Assembly (NCBI GenBank): GCA_023413185.1
Contig: JAEZQD010000152.1
Span: 6,368 to 70,367 of the forward strand
Length of the DNA: 64,000 nucleotides
Direction of reading: 5' to 3'
Source of the DNA: Bacillota bacterium
Lineage (GTDB): Bacteria; Bacillota; Clostridia; Oscillospirales; Ruminococcaceae
Shown: piece by piece, positions 10,117 through 18,264 of the stretch
How the letters are laid out: each line of letters starts with the position of its first letter
Numbering within the stretch: the first letter of the stretch is position 1
Notes under the pieces: model-generated
Told to the model about the DNA's origin: nothing
Database searches by the model: none
Seen by the model: only the letters and a program-made list of their open reading frames with translations
Made by a program: the position numbers and the translations under genes

Positions 10117-10956
10117 ATGCGACCTACAACTGTTAAATCATTCCTAAGGCTTGCGGCGCTCTGCCTTGTTATGGTGTCATTGTGCGCCTGCGGCATGGAA
10201 TCGCTGCTTTACACCAACACGGTTAAGCCTGTTTCGTCTGAGCAAAAGGAGGAACAGCCGCTGTTTGTCAGCGCCCCGCCAGAGGAGGCAAAACCGCCGG
10301 AGAACAGCTTTACGTTACAGATAAGCAAGGCGGCGCAAAAGAACCGCGATGTTGTGGGCTGGCTGTATATTCCGGGCACCGACATCAACAACAGCGTACT
10401 GCAGGCATTTGACAACAGCTACTACATCCGCCGCAACGAACAGCGGCAGGACGACATCTACGGCTGCTACTTTGTAGATTGTGACGCGCCCGTGTCTACG
10501 GTGGACGAGCTTGCGCCCAACACCATCATTTACGGGCACAGCGATTTAAAGGATAACCCGGAAGGGAAGCGGTTTTCGCAGCTGTTCGGTTTTACCGATG
10601 AGGAATTTGCTAAAAACACGCCCAACCTGTATTTCAGTACAGGGGAGGACGACCTGGTGTGGCGTGTATTTGCTGCATTTTATACCCACACCTCGTTTCA
10701 CTATATCGCAACCCATCCCAGCGATACGGAGTTTGAGCGCATTGTCGAAAAGGCGCGCGAAGGCTCGTTGTACGACTATGATGTTGAGGTCACACGGGGC
10801 GACCGCATCCTAACGCTATCCACCTGCTCGGTAAAGCACGGTACAACCGGCGAATACCGTTTCGTTGTTATGGCTCGGCTATTGCGTGAAGGTGAAAGCT
10901 TTGACGACAAGCTGGGTGCACCTGTGCCAAACCCCGACGCGAAGCTGCTCACATAG
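10117..10956 (+). CDS. srtB: Class B sortase (lipoprotein)
   Basis: DVVGWLYIPGTDI, NTIIYGH, catalytic TLSTC and YRFVV; N-terminal lipobox LCAC; RBS AGGAGG. Confidence 0.9.
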   Translation: MRPTTVKSFLRLAALCLVMVSLCACGMESLLYTNTVKPVSSEQKEEQPLFVSAPPEEAKPPENSFTLQISKAAQKNRDVVGWLYIPGTDINNSVLQAFDNSYYIRRNEQRQDDIYGCYFVDCDAPVSTVDELAPNTIIYGHSDLKDNPEGKRFSQLFGFTDEEFAKNTPNLYFSTGEDDLVWRVFAAFYTHTSFHYIATHPSDTEFERIVEKAREGSLYDYDVEVTRGDRILTLSTCSVKHGTTGEYRFVVMARLLREGESFDDKLGAPVPNPDAKLLT

Positions 10957-10971
10957 TTTGCCCTTGCAAAC

Positions 10972-11018
10972 AACACCCTCTTACCCGCTGACGCGGGTAG
11001 GAGGGTGTTTCTTGTTTG
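10972..11018 (+). terminator. Intrinsic terminator of the adhesin-sortase operon
   Basis: AACACCCTCTTACCCGC-tgac-GCGGGTAGGAGGGTGTT followed by TCTTGTTT. Confidence 0.75.
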
Positions 11019-11332
11019 GTACACACGAGGTTTGCGCAGGGAGTATAGTATCGATTAGGGCAGTTGTTAATACGGAGAAACGGTGGATTCGTTGCCATAC
11101 TATGCTGTTTATATAAGGCACAGGAATACTTTGTGTAATGCGCGGATATGTAATGAGGAAAGCGCCTTGCATTGCAGAAGTAGACGCCGCTTTTGGTCCT
11201 ACAACGAACCTACTAAGCAGCACTAAAAAAGCTCTATAAAAATTTTAGTGTACAAACCCATTGTTTCATGGTAATATTTGCAAGGCATGTCTGTGCGGTA
11301 TAATCGGCACAGAGGTAGAAAGGAACGTTGAT

Positions 11333-12034
11333 ATGAAAAAAATAGTGGCGTTTGCGATTGTTGCGCTGCTGGCGCTTCCCTTGTTAACAGGCTGTCTGCT
11401 TGCAGGACTGTTTCTTATGGACGACACCTCTTCGGTTGAAGAGATTATGCCGGAGTTTCCTGAGCCAATTAACGCCCTTGAAGTGATGATGGTAGATATT
11501 TTTGATTGGTACGGCATGGACGAGTACCAGCAGCTGCAATGGGCGAGCGATGTCATAGCCATTTGGCAGCAGTATGGTGACGGCATGAACATAACCGCAG
11601 AGACCCTTTTGGCCGACGTAACCGCCGCGTTGGAGCTACATAACGAGCAGGCAAACATCTTTGAGGTAGCGTGCGCAACACAGGGCATTGATGTAACAGT
11701 CTACAACTCTCCCCCGCAGGATAATTCGGACATGGTCGAGGAGGAGAACGGGGAGGCAAGCAAGGGGGATACACAGGCTACCTTAGATATTGAAGCTGCG
11801 CTGAGCACGGACATCTTTGATTGGCAGACGATGAGTAAAGACGAAAAGCAAAACCTAGTGTTTACGTACCAGCTTATCTGGGATATAAACGGCGTTACTT
11901 GTGGGCTTACTGACGAAGAACTGCTTACAGAGGTTACCCATGCGCTTGCGGGGGACAGAGAGCAGGCGAACATCTTTGAGGTTGCTTGTGCGACGCAAGG
12001 GCTGGACCCAAACGACTTTAACCCCAACGAATAG
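11333..12034 (+). CDS. Hypothetical acidic exported/lipoprotein with an internal duplicated domain
   Basis: MKKIVAF..LLTGC signal; two copies of DIFDW...EQANIFEVACATQG. Confidence 0.7.
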   Translation: MKKIVAFAIVALLALPLLTGCLLAGLFLMDDTSSVEEIMPEFPEPINALEVMMVDIFDWYGMDEYQQLQWASDVIAIWQQYGDGMNITAETLLADVTAALELHNEQANIFEVACATQGIDVTVYNSPPQDNSDMVEEENGEASKGDTQATLDIEAALSTDIFDWQTMSKDEKQNLVFTYQLIWDINGVTCGLTDEELLTEVTHALAGDREQANIFEVACATQGLDPNDFNPNE

Positions 12035-12097
12035 GGTACACCCAAGGCTGCCGCGCGTAGTCGTGTTTTGGCGAGATGTACTACCTGTATCTTGCGT

Positions 12098-12180
12098 TAT
12101 AGTCAATAAATTATAAAACAGTCCCTGTTTTCAAGCGGCAGGTACCTGCCGCACGCCAGATGGCGTGTTTATTGACTATA
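12098..12180. mobile_element. MITE-like element A (83 bp), perfect 13-bp terminal inverted repeats
   Basis: TATAGTCAATAAA (12098-12110) ... TTTATTGACTATA (12168-12180) enclosing three hairpins. Confidence 0.6.
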
Positions 12181-12266
12181 GACTCCACAAACCGCCCACA
12201 TTCGTGGGCACCGCACGGTTTTTCGTGCGGTTCAAAACGGATTCGTTTTGAAGTTTGTTGAGTATA
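12177..12266. mobile_element. MITE-like element B (about 90 bp), imperfect terminal inverted repeats
   Basis: TAGACTCCACAAAC ... GTTTGTTGAGTATA enclosing three hairpins; shares the TATA at its left end with element A. Confidence 0.55.
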
Positions 12267-12349
12267 TCATAATGCAACAGAAAACGAGAAAGCACAGTCG
12301 TTAACACCAGGTTGTGACTGTGCTTTCTCGTTGTTGTGTTACAAACTCA

Positions 12350-12565
12350 TTACTCTGTGATTTCAGGCTTATACTCAAACAGGTCTCCCGGCTGGCAGTC
12401 CAGCGCCTTGCAGATTGCCTCCATTGTGCCAAGCTTCACAGCGCTAATCTTTGCGTTTTTGAGGTTGGAAAGGTTGGGCACCGTTATGCCCACACGCTCA
12501 GATAGCTCATTGAGAGAAATCTTTCTGTCTGCCATAACGCGGTCGAGACGAATAATAATCGGCAC
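12350..12565 (-). CDS. Cro/C1-type HTH transcriptional regulator (YozG-like)
   Basis: MPIIIRLDRVMADRKISLNELSERVGIT..CKALDCQPGDL; typical partner of DUF2975 genes. Confidence 0.9.
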   Translation of the reverse strand: MPIIIRLDRVMADRKISLNELSERVGITVPNLSNLKNAKISAVKLGTMEAICKALDCQPGDLFEYKPEITE

Positions 12566-12579
12566 GTTTTAACCCCTCC

Positions 12580-13125
12580 TTATACTGTGGTGTCATGCTC
12601 GTGCTGTAGCGTGCAGCCGTAACGATATACCTTTGCCAACAGCAGAAGCAATAACCCCAGTAGAGCACCGTCAGGAAGGAAAGTAAACTGCGGTCTTAAA
12701 TACAACGTGCTGTCAACAATCGCAGTATTCATTTGGGATACGTACAGGTAGTTTAAGCCTTGCGACAGGTACACCTGTACCAGCAAAACAATGGCAATCA
12801 GTTGTATTCTGGTGGCATTCTTTAACACAAAGGGAGTATCCGGGGTAATGGAGCCAACGATACCGCGCAGCAGCAAAAGGCAGAGAAGTCCGCACCCAAA
12901 ATTAACGATTTGAATTAGATATTGTATAGTCGTAAGTGTTCTTGTATGATTCGGGGCACTCAGCACGAAGCCGTTAAATGCAAAGCCGGACCCTAGGGTT
13001 AGTTGAGGCGCAACCAGCGGGATGAGAAGAATGATTGCAAAGGCACCAATACCAACCCACAACCCTACATTAAGTAACCGCTTTATAAACCCAATTGATT
13101 TTGCTAAGGTAAAGCCCTCGTTCAT
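12580..13125 (-). CDS. DUF2975-family membrane protein
   Basis: Four TM helices, PFVLKNATRI, C-terminal YGCTLQHEHDTTV; adjacent HTH gene. Confidence 0.85.
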   Translation of the reverse strand: MNEGFTLAKSIGFIKRLLNVGLWVGIGAFAIILLIPLVAPQLTLGSGFAFNGFVLSAPNHTRTLTTIQYLIQIVNFGCGLLCLLLLRGIVGSITPDTPFVLKNATRIQLIAIVLLVQVYLSQGLNYLYVSQMNTAIVDSTLYLRPQFTFLPDGALLGLLLLLLAKVYRYGCTLQHEHDTTV

Positions 13126-13155
13126 CTTGACATTCCTCCTTTGTAGTATGCGACC

Positions 13156-13209
13156 AGTATAGCAGATAAAAAGGAGTATGTCAATAATAATTTATCGTAA
13201 AACGATATA
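13156..13209 (-). promoter_or_regulatory. Sigma-A promoter and upstream palindrome for the DUF2975-HTH operon
   Basis: Minus strand TTGACA(13184-13179)-17 nt-TATACT(13161-13156); palindrome TATCGT-aaa-ACGATA at 13193-13207. Confidence 0.65.
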
Positions 13210-13274
13210 ATATTATCGCAACTAGTGATGGATACATGTTTACTGATGCTCATGGGGTTTCGCTGGAAGGGTAT

Positions 13275-13307
13275 AAAAAAGGGTCTGCATCAATATCATG
13301 CAGACCC
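13275..13307 (-). terminator. Terminator after rubrerythrin
   Basis: GGGTCTGCAT-7 nt-ATGCAGACCC then T-tract on the minus strand. Confidence 0.7.
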
Positions 13308-13338
13308 GGTACAGGCAGTATTCTTTTGGGTGAGGATA

Positions 13339-13881
13339 TTAGTAATCCTTGCCTCTCATCTGGAAGTAAGACTTCGGATGCTCGCAGATGGGGCACTTCT
13401 CGGGGGCCTTCTCGCCGTAGTAGATGTGACCGCAGTTTAAGCAAATCCAGTAAACCTTCTCCTCGCGGGCAAAAACCTTTCCATCTTCGATGTTGCCCTT
13501 AAGCGCAAGGTATCTCTCCTCGTGCTCTTTCTCAATCTTCGCAACGCCTTCAAACAGGTAAGCAATGCGCTCAAAGCCTTCCTCGCGCGCATCCTTGGCA
13601 AAGCCGGCGTACATATCGGTCCACTCATAGTTCTCGCCCGCGGCAGCATCGGCAAGGTTTGTGAGGGTGTCGGGCACACTTCCGTCATGCAGTAGTTTAA
13701 ACCAAATCTTAGCATGCTCTTTTTCGTTGTTAGCGGTTTCGGTAAACAGTGCGGCAATCTGCTCGTAGCCTTCCTTTTTCGCCTTAGAGGCATAGAAGGT
13801 GTACTTGTTTCTGGCCTGCGATTCACCGGCGAAGGCCGCCATTAGGTTTTTTTCGGTTTTTGTTCCTTTGAGATCTTTCAT
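13339..13881 (-). CDS. rbr: Rubrerythrin
   Basis: [22 protein letters not shown] diiron motifs, C-terminal CxxC..CxxC rubredoxin domain. Confidence 0.95.
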   Translation of the reverse strand: MKDLKGTKTEKNLMAAFAGESQARNKYTFYASKAKKEGYEQIAALFTETANNEKEHAKIWFKLLHDGSVPDTLTNLADAAAGENYEWTDMYAGFAKDAREEGFERIAYLFEGVAKIEKEHEERYLALKGNIEDGKVFAREEKVYWICLNCGHIYYGEKAPEKCPICEHPKSYFQMRGKDY

Positions 13882-13965
13882 TTCCAGCCACTCACTTTCA
13901 TTTAGAATGTGTTAAAACCCGAATTAGCGAGAGTAGACCCCGTAAGTCGGGTTTAAATATATGAT

Positions 13966-14346
13966 TTATATGGTTTCACGGCAGTTTTTGCAGGAACCAT
14001 ATATCAACAGGTTATAGGAGCGAACCTCAAATCCGCTTTGAGTCATAACGTCCTGTGCAAGGCTGTCTAAGTGACAAAGTGAGATATCCTGAAGCTGTCC
14101 GCACCGCTCACATACCATATGGTAGTGCGTGTCCAGCGTACCGTCAAACCGTGCGCCCCCGCTTGGCATTGCAATTCGAAGAAGCATACCACGGTCTGCA
14201 AAGGTGTTGAGATTGCGGTAGACCGTGGCAAGGCTGAGTCCGGGGTTTTCGGGCTTTAACTGGTTGTATACATCGTCCGCGCTGGGATGATTGTGGCTGT
14301 GCACAACCGCGTTATAGATTAAGTCCTTTTGCTTGGTGTGTTTCAT
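13966..14346 (-). CDS. Fur-family repressor, probably PerR
   Basis: HPSADDVY, SLATVYRNL, HYHMVCERCG, CKNC; co-oriented upstream of rubrerythrin. Confidence 0.88.
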   Translation of the reverse strand: MKHTKQKDLIYNAVVHSHNHPSADDVYNQLKPENPGLSLATVYRNLNTFADRGMLLRIAMPSGGARFDGTLDTHYHMVCERCGQLQDISLCHLDSLAQDVMTQSGFEVRSYNLLIYGSCKNCRETI

Positions 14347-14379
14347 TCCCATCCGCCCCCTTGACAAAATGTATAGTAG

Positions 14380-14432
14380 TGATAATTATTATCGATTATT
14401 ATCATAATACAAGAAATGAAGCGGTTTGTCAA
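14380..14432 (-). promoter_or_regulatory. Promoter of the fur/perR-rbr unit with a Fur/Per-type box
   Basis: Minus strand TTGACA(14432-14427)-17 nt-TATTAT(14409-14404); 7-1-7 palindrome TGATAAT-T-ATTATCG at 14380-14394 just downstream. Confidence 0.7.
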
Positions 14433-14584
14433 GATTAAATTGGCTGAGTTTGTGTTATTCTCAACGCACCTCTGGCAACAACCGCAATGAACACTTAAAC
14501 CTGGCTTTACAGCCGCTTTGGGGCGAACAGAATATTCCGCCCGCAAAGTACTTATTTACTGTATCTCTCTAATCATGTTAAAAT

Positions 14585-15925
14585 ATGAATGCACGAAAGC
14601 TGATTGCTCAAAGGAGGACGGGTTTGGATAAAAACAGTGTGGCATTGACCCCACCCATGGGATGGAACAGCTATGATTACTACGACACCACGGTAACCGA
14701 AGAGCAGGTGAAGCGAAACGCAGATTTTATGGCGGCTAACCTCAAGCAATTTGGCTGGGAATACATCGTGGTGGATATTCAGTGGTACGCCTATGACACC
14801 GCATCGCAAAGGGACCGATATCAGTACATTCCCTTTTGGCAGGTGGCGATGGATGCGTATTCGCGTTTGGTTCCCTGTCCCGACCGCTTCCCATCCTCCG
14901 TTGGCGGACAGGGCTTTAAGCCCTTGGCGGATTATGTCCACAGCTTGGGTTTAAAGTTCGGCATCCATATCATGCGCGGTATTCCCAGGCAAGCCGCCCA
15001 TCATCATGGGGGAATCATGGGTAGCGAGGCAACCGCAAACGAGATTGCCGACCCATATAACATCTGTTTATGGAATCCTGATATGTATGGGCTGAGGACA
15101 GATCGACAGGAGTCTCAGGTCTATTACAACTCTCTTTTTGACCTGTATGCCGAATGGGGGGTTGATTTTATTAAGTGCGACGACATCTGCAGAATGGATA
15201 TGCCCTCCGCACGAAAAGAGATTGAGATGCTTTATGAGGCAATTCAGCACTGTAATCGCCCGATGGTGCTTAGTCTTTCCCCCGGACCCGCCTTAATCGG
15301 TGAGGCTTCTCATTACAAGAGATACGCGAACATGTGGAGAATAACCGATGATTTCTGGGATGATTGGAGCTTTATCGCAGACATGTTTGCACGCTGCGAG
15401 CAATGGCAGGCGCACGTGGAGCCCGGCTGCTTCCCAGATTGTGATATGCTGCCGCTAGGCTATATCGGCAAGGGCTTCGGTGAGGAACGCTACACCCGGT
15501 TTACGCAGGATGAGCAGCAAAGCATAATGACCTTGTGGTGTATCTTTCGCTCTCCCTTAATGCTGGGTGCGGAACTGACCAAGCTGGATGAACGGACAAT
15601 GACCTTGCTAACAAACAAAATGGTACTGCGACTGATTACCCATTCAAAGGATGCCCGGCAGATTGGAAGGGATGAAAAGCAGGCGGTTTGGTTTTCAAAA
15701 GACATTGATGGCAAGGCAAACTATCTTGCTGTTTTTAACCTGACAGATACCTCGCAGAGCATTACGGTTACCGACGAGGAGCTTGGCTGCACCGTTCTGT
15801 GTGACAGTATCATCGAGGAGCTTTGGAACGGTGAAAAACGGGTGAGCCAGGACGCCTTTATTCAAGCAGAGGTGCCCGCACACGGTACGCGGCTGTATCA
15901 AATCAAGCCCAACGGCTTGCTATAG
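14585..15925 (+). CDS. Glycoside hydrolase family 27, probably beta-L-arabinopyranosidase
   Basis: TPPMGWNS, VVDIQW, FIKCDD nucleophile motif, MWRITDDFWD. Confidence 0.88.
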   Translation: MNARKLIAQRRTGLDKNSVALTPPMGWNSYDYYDTTVTEEQVKRNADFMAANLKQFGWEYIVVDIQWYAYDTASQRDRYQYIPFWQVAMDAYSRLVPCPDRFPSSVGGQGFKPLADYVHSLGLKFGIHIMRGIPRQAAHHHGGIMGSEATANEIADPYNICLWNPDMYGLRTDRQESQVYYNSLFDLYAEWGVDFIKCDDICRMDMPSARKEIEMLYEAIQHCNRPMVLSLSPGPALIGEASHYKRYANMWRITDDFWDDWSFIADMFARCEQWQAHVEPGCFPDCDMLPLGYIGKGFGEERYTRFTQDEQQSIMTLWCIFRSPLMLGAELTKLDERTMTLLTNKMVLRLITHSKDARQIGRDEKQAVWFSKDIDGKANYLAVFNLTDTSQSITVTDEELGCTVLCDSIIEELWNGEKRVSQDAFIQAEVPAHGTRLYQIKPNGLL

Positions 15926-15956
15926 GATGCTTTTTATCGGCACCTGGAAATGTACG

Positions 15957-16004
15957 AGATAAAGGCAACAGTTATTAGACGCGCTAATAACTGTTGCCTT
16001 TATC
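15957..16004. terminator. Long hairpin between convergent GH27 and GH31 genes
   Basis: GATAAAGGCAACAGTTATTAG-acgcg-CTAATAACTGTTGCCTTTATC. Confidence 0.75.
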
Positions 16005-16179
16005 ATTGCTATAGAAGGAGGATAACCGTTTTGTACTCGTGATTTAGCTTGTTGTTAGCATCAGGAAACGTGCCCTGCCGGTAATGAATCGTTTGGCACC
16101 GGTCGGTTTGTTGCGGGTAATGGGGATAATGCGTCAGTGGCAGCTGCGCCTCTCGTTGTTTATCACGGCACGCCGTGCT

Positions 16180-18198
16180 TTATTCCTTATTCCAGCGCTC
16201 AAAAAACTCTGACTGGTTGCCGTTTCGAAGGAAAATGGGGATAACGGATAATGGGGTAGCAACGGTAACCGTCTGTCCCCCTTCGTACCACTGCCCGGTA
16301 ACGGCGTATTGCCAACGGGCACCGTGAGGCAGGTACACCTCGCGGCACTTAGCCGAAGCCTGCACAACAGGTGCCACTAGGATATCCGGTCCGAACAGAT
16401 AGGTGTGTTTTACCTCCCAACAGCACGCGTCCTGCGGGAACTCGTAAAAGAGCGTTCGCATAACAGGGGTACCCCGTTCGTGCGCATCTCGCATCATGTC
16501 ACGGGTATAGGGACGCAGCAGCTCACGCAGCTGAATGTATTTGACAAGAATGCCGTATGCCTCCTCGCCAAAGCTCCACACCTCGTTGTTGCCGCTGGTG
16601 AACAACGCCTTGCTGCCATCGGCACGGTACACATCCCGCTCCTCTGGGGTTGCGGTGTCGCGATCCCCGTGCAAACGCATTACCGGGCAGAAGGTGCCGT
16701 ATTCAAACCAACGCACAAGCAGTTCGCGGAATGCGGGGTCGTCCGGGTTTCCGCCCATAAAGCCTCCGATATCGGTTGTCCACCACGCAATACCGCAGAT
16801 ACCCATATGCAGCCCCGCGGTGATCTGATTTCTAAAGGAAGCGAAGTCGCTGTGAATGTCCCCGCTCCACACCAACGCCCCGTAACGCTGGCTGCCAGCC
16901 CACGCGCAGCGAACCAGATTGATGATATCACGCTGTCCCTCCCGCGCCATTCCATCGTAGAAGGCACGCGAAAACATCTGGGGATAGATGTTTCCGATCT
17001 GCACGTTGGGTCCAAGGTGGTAACGGTAGTTGTCAAAGTCGTACGCGCCGTATTCCGGCTCGGCTTCATCCAGCCAGAAGATACGGATGCCCTTGTCGTA
17101 ATAGTTCTTCTTGCATTTTTGCCATACATACTCCCGCGCGGCGGGATTGGTCGCATCGAAGAACATGCTGTTTCCGCCAAAGAGCATACCGATATTCACA
17201 CCCGCCTCCGGGCGCACCAATAATCCCTTTTCACGCATTTCATTAAAGTTCTCGCTCTGGTGGTCTATCTGCGGCCAGACTGAGACCATCATCTCAGCCC
17301 CAAGCTTCCTAACCTCGCGCACCATGGCATCGGGATCGGGGTAGAACTCCTCTTCAAAGCGGTAGTCGCCCATCTTGGGCCAGTGAAAGAAATCACATAC
17401 AATCACATCCAGCGGAATGCCCCGTCTTTTATACTCGCGGGCAACCTCCAAAAGCATCTCCTGATTCCAATACCGCAGCTTACACTGCCAAAACCCCATG
17501 CCGTATTCCGGCATCATGGGCACGGTGCCCGTTGCCTGTGCGTAGCTTTGCTCTATCTTTGCAGGGGTATCTCCTGCGGTAATCCAGTAATCGAGCTGCT
17601 TTGTGCTCCTCGCCACCCATTCGGTGCGGTTTGCGCCAAAGCTTGCGCGCCCGATGGCGGGATTGTGCCATAAAAACCCGTAGCCAAGGCTTGACAGCAC
17701 AAACGGGATGCTTGCCTGAGAATTGCGGTGCGCAAGCTCAAAGTTACAGTTTTTGATGTTAAGTATATCCTGCTGGTACTGCCCCATCCCGTACAGCTTT
17801 TCCGTAGGCTCGGATTCAAAGCTGACTGTCAGGCTAAAATCGCCACCGATAATCGGCTTAAAATCACGCGGGTTCAGGCAAAGGGCTCCGCGCCTGCCGT
17901 ATTCGCGCAGCAGCAGGGCATCGTGCCGATTATAGTAACTGATCTGTATTGTGCCGCTCCAGCTGTCGCGTACAACTTCGGCATAGATGTTCCCGTTTTG
18001 TATCCGCGCCCTATCGTCACTGACGGTAACCTCAGCCTCGCAATACGCCTGGGGCAAAAGGGCAAACTCAGTGTCGAGTATCGTACCCATCATAACCGCT
18101 CGCGTGCGCAAGCTGTTTATTCCCCACGGCTCGATGAAAACGGTCTCGCCCGCAAACTGACAAACCAGAGCATTCTCAAGCTTTAAAAACACGCCCAT
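16180..18198 (-). CDS. Glycoside hydrolase family 31 (alpha-xylosidase-like)
   Basis: GFWQCKLRY, WLDEAEP nucleophile, WSGDI acid/base, DIGGF, MRLHG. Confidence 0.9.
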   Translation of the reverse strand: MGVFLKLENALVCQFAGETVFIEPWGINSLRTRAVMMGTILDTEFALLPQAYCEAEVTVSDDRARIQNGNIYAEVVRDSWSGTIQISYYNRHDALLLREYGRRGALCLNPRDFKPIIGGDFSLTVSFESEPTEKLYGMGQYQQDILNIKNCNFELAHRNSQASIPFVLSSLGYGFLWHNPAIGRASFGANRTEWVARSTKQLDYWITAGDTPAKIEQSYAQATGTVPMMPEYGMGFWQCKLRYWNQEMLLEVAREYKRRGIPLDVIVCDFFHWPKMGDYRFEEEFYPDPDAMVREVRKLGAEMMVSVWPQIDHQSENFNEMREKGLLVRPEAGVNIGMLFGGNSMFFDATNPAAREYVWQKCKKNYYDKGIRIFWLDEAEPEYGAYDFDNYRYHLGPNVQIGNIYPQMFSRAFYDGMAREGQRDIINLVRCAWAGSQRYGALVWSGDIHSDFASFRNQITAGLHMGICGIAWWTTDIGGFMGGNPDDPAFRELLVRWFEYGTFCPVMRLHGDRDTATPEERDVYRADGSKALFTSGNNEVWSFGEEAYGILVKYIQLRELLRPYTRDMMRDAHERGTPVMRTLFYEFPQDACCWEVKHTYLFGPDILVAPVVQASAKCREVYLPHGARWQYAVTGQWYEGGQTVTVATPLSVIPIFLRNGNQSEFFERWNKE

Positions 18199-18264
18199 AT
18201 TCCATTACCTCCTTTACTGCATCCTACCCGGTTTCGTTGATTAGGTACGCCGCTTGCTTAAGGA

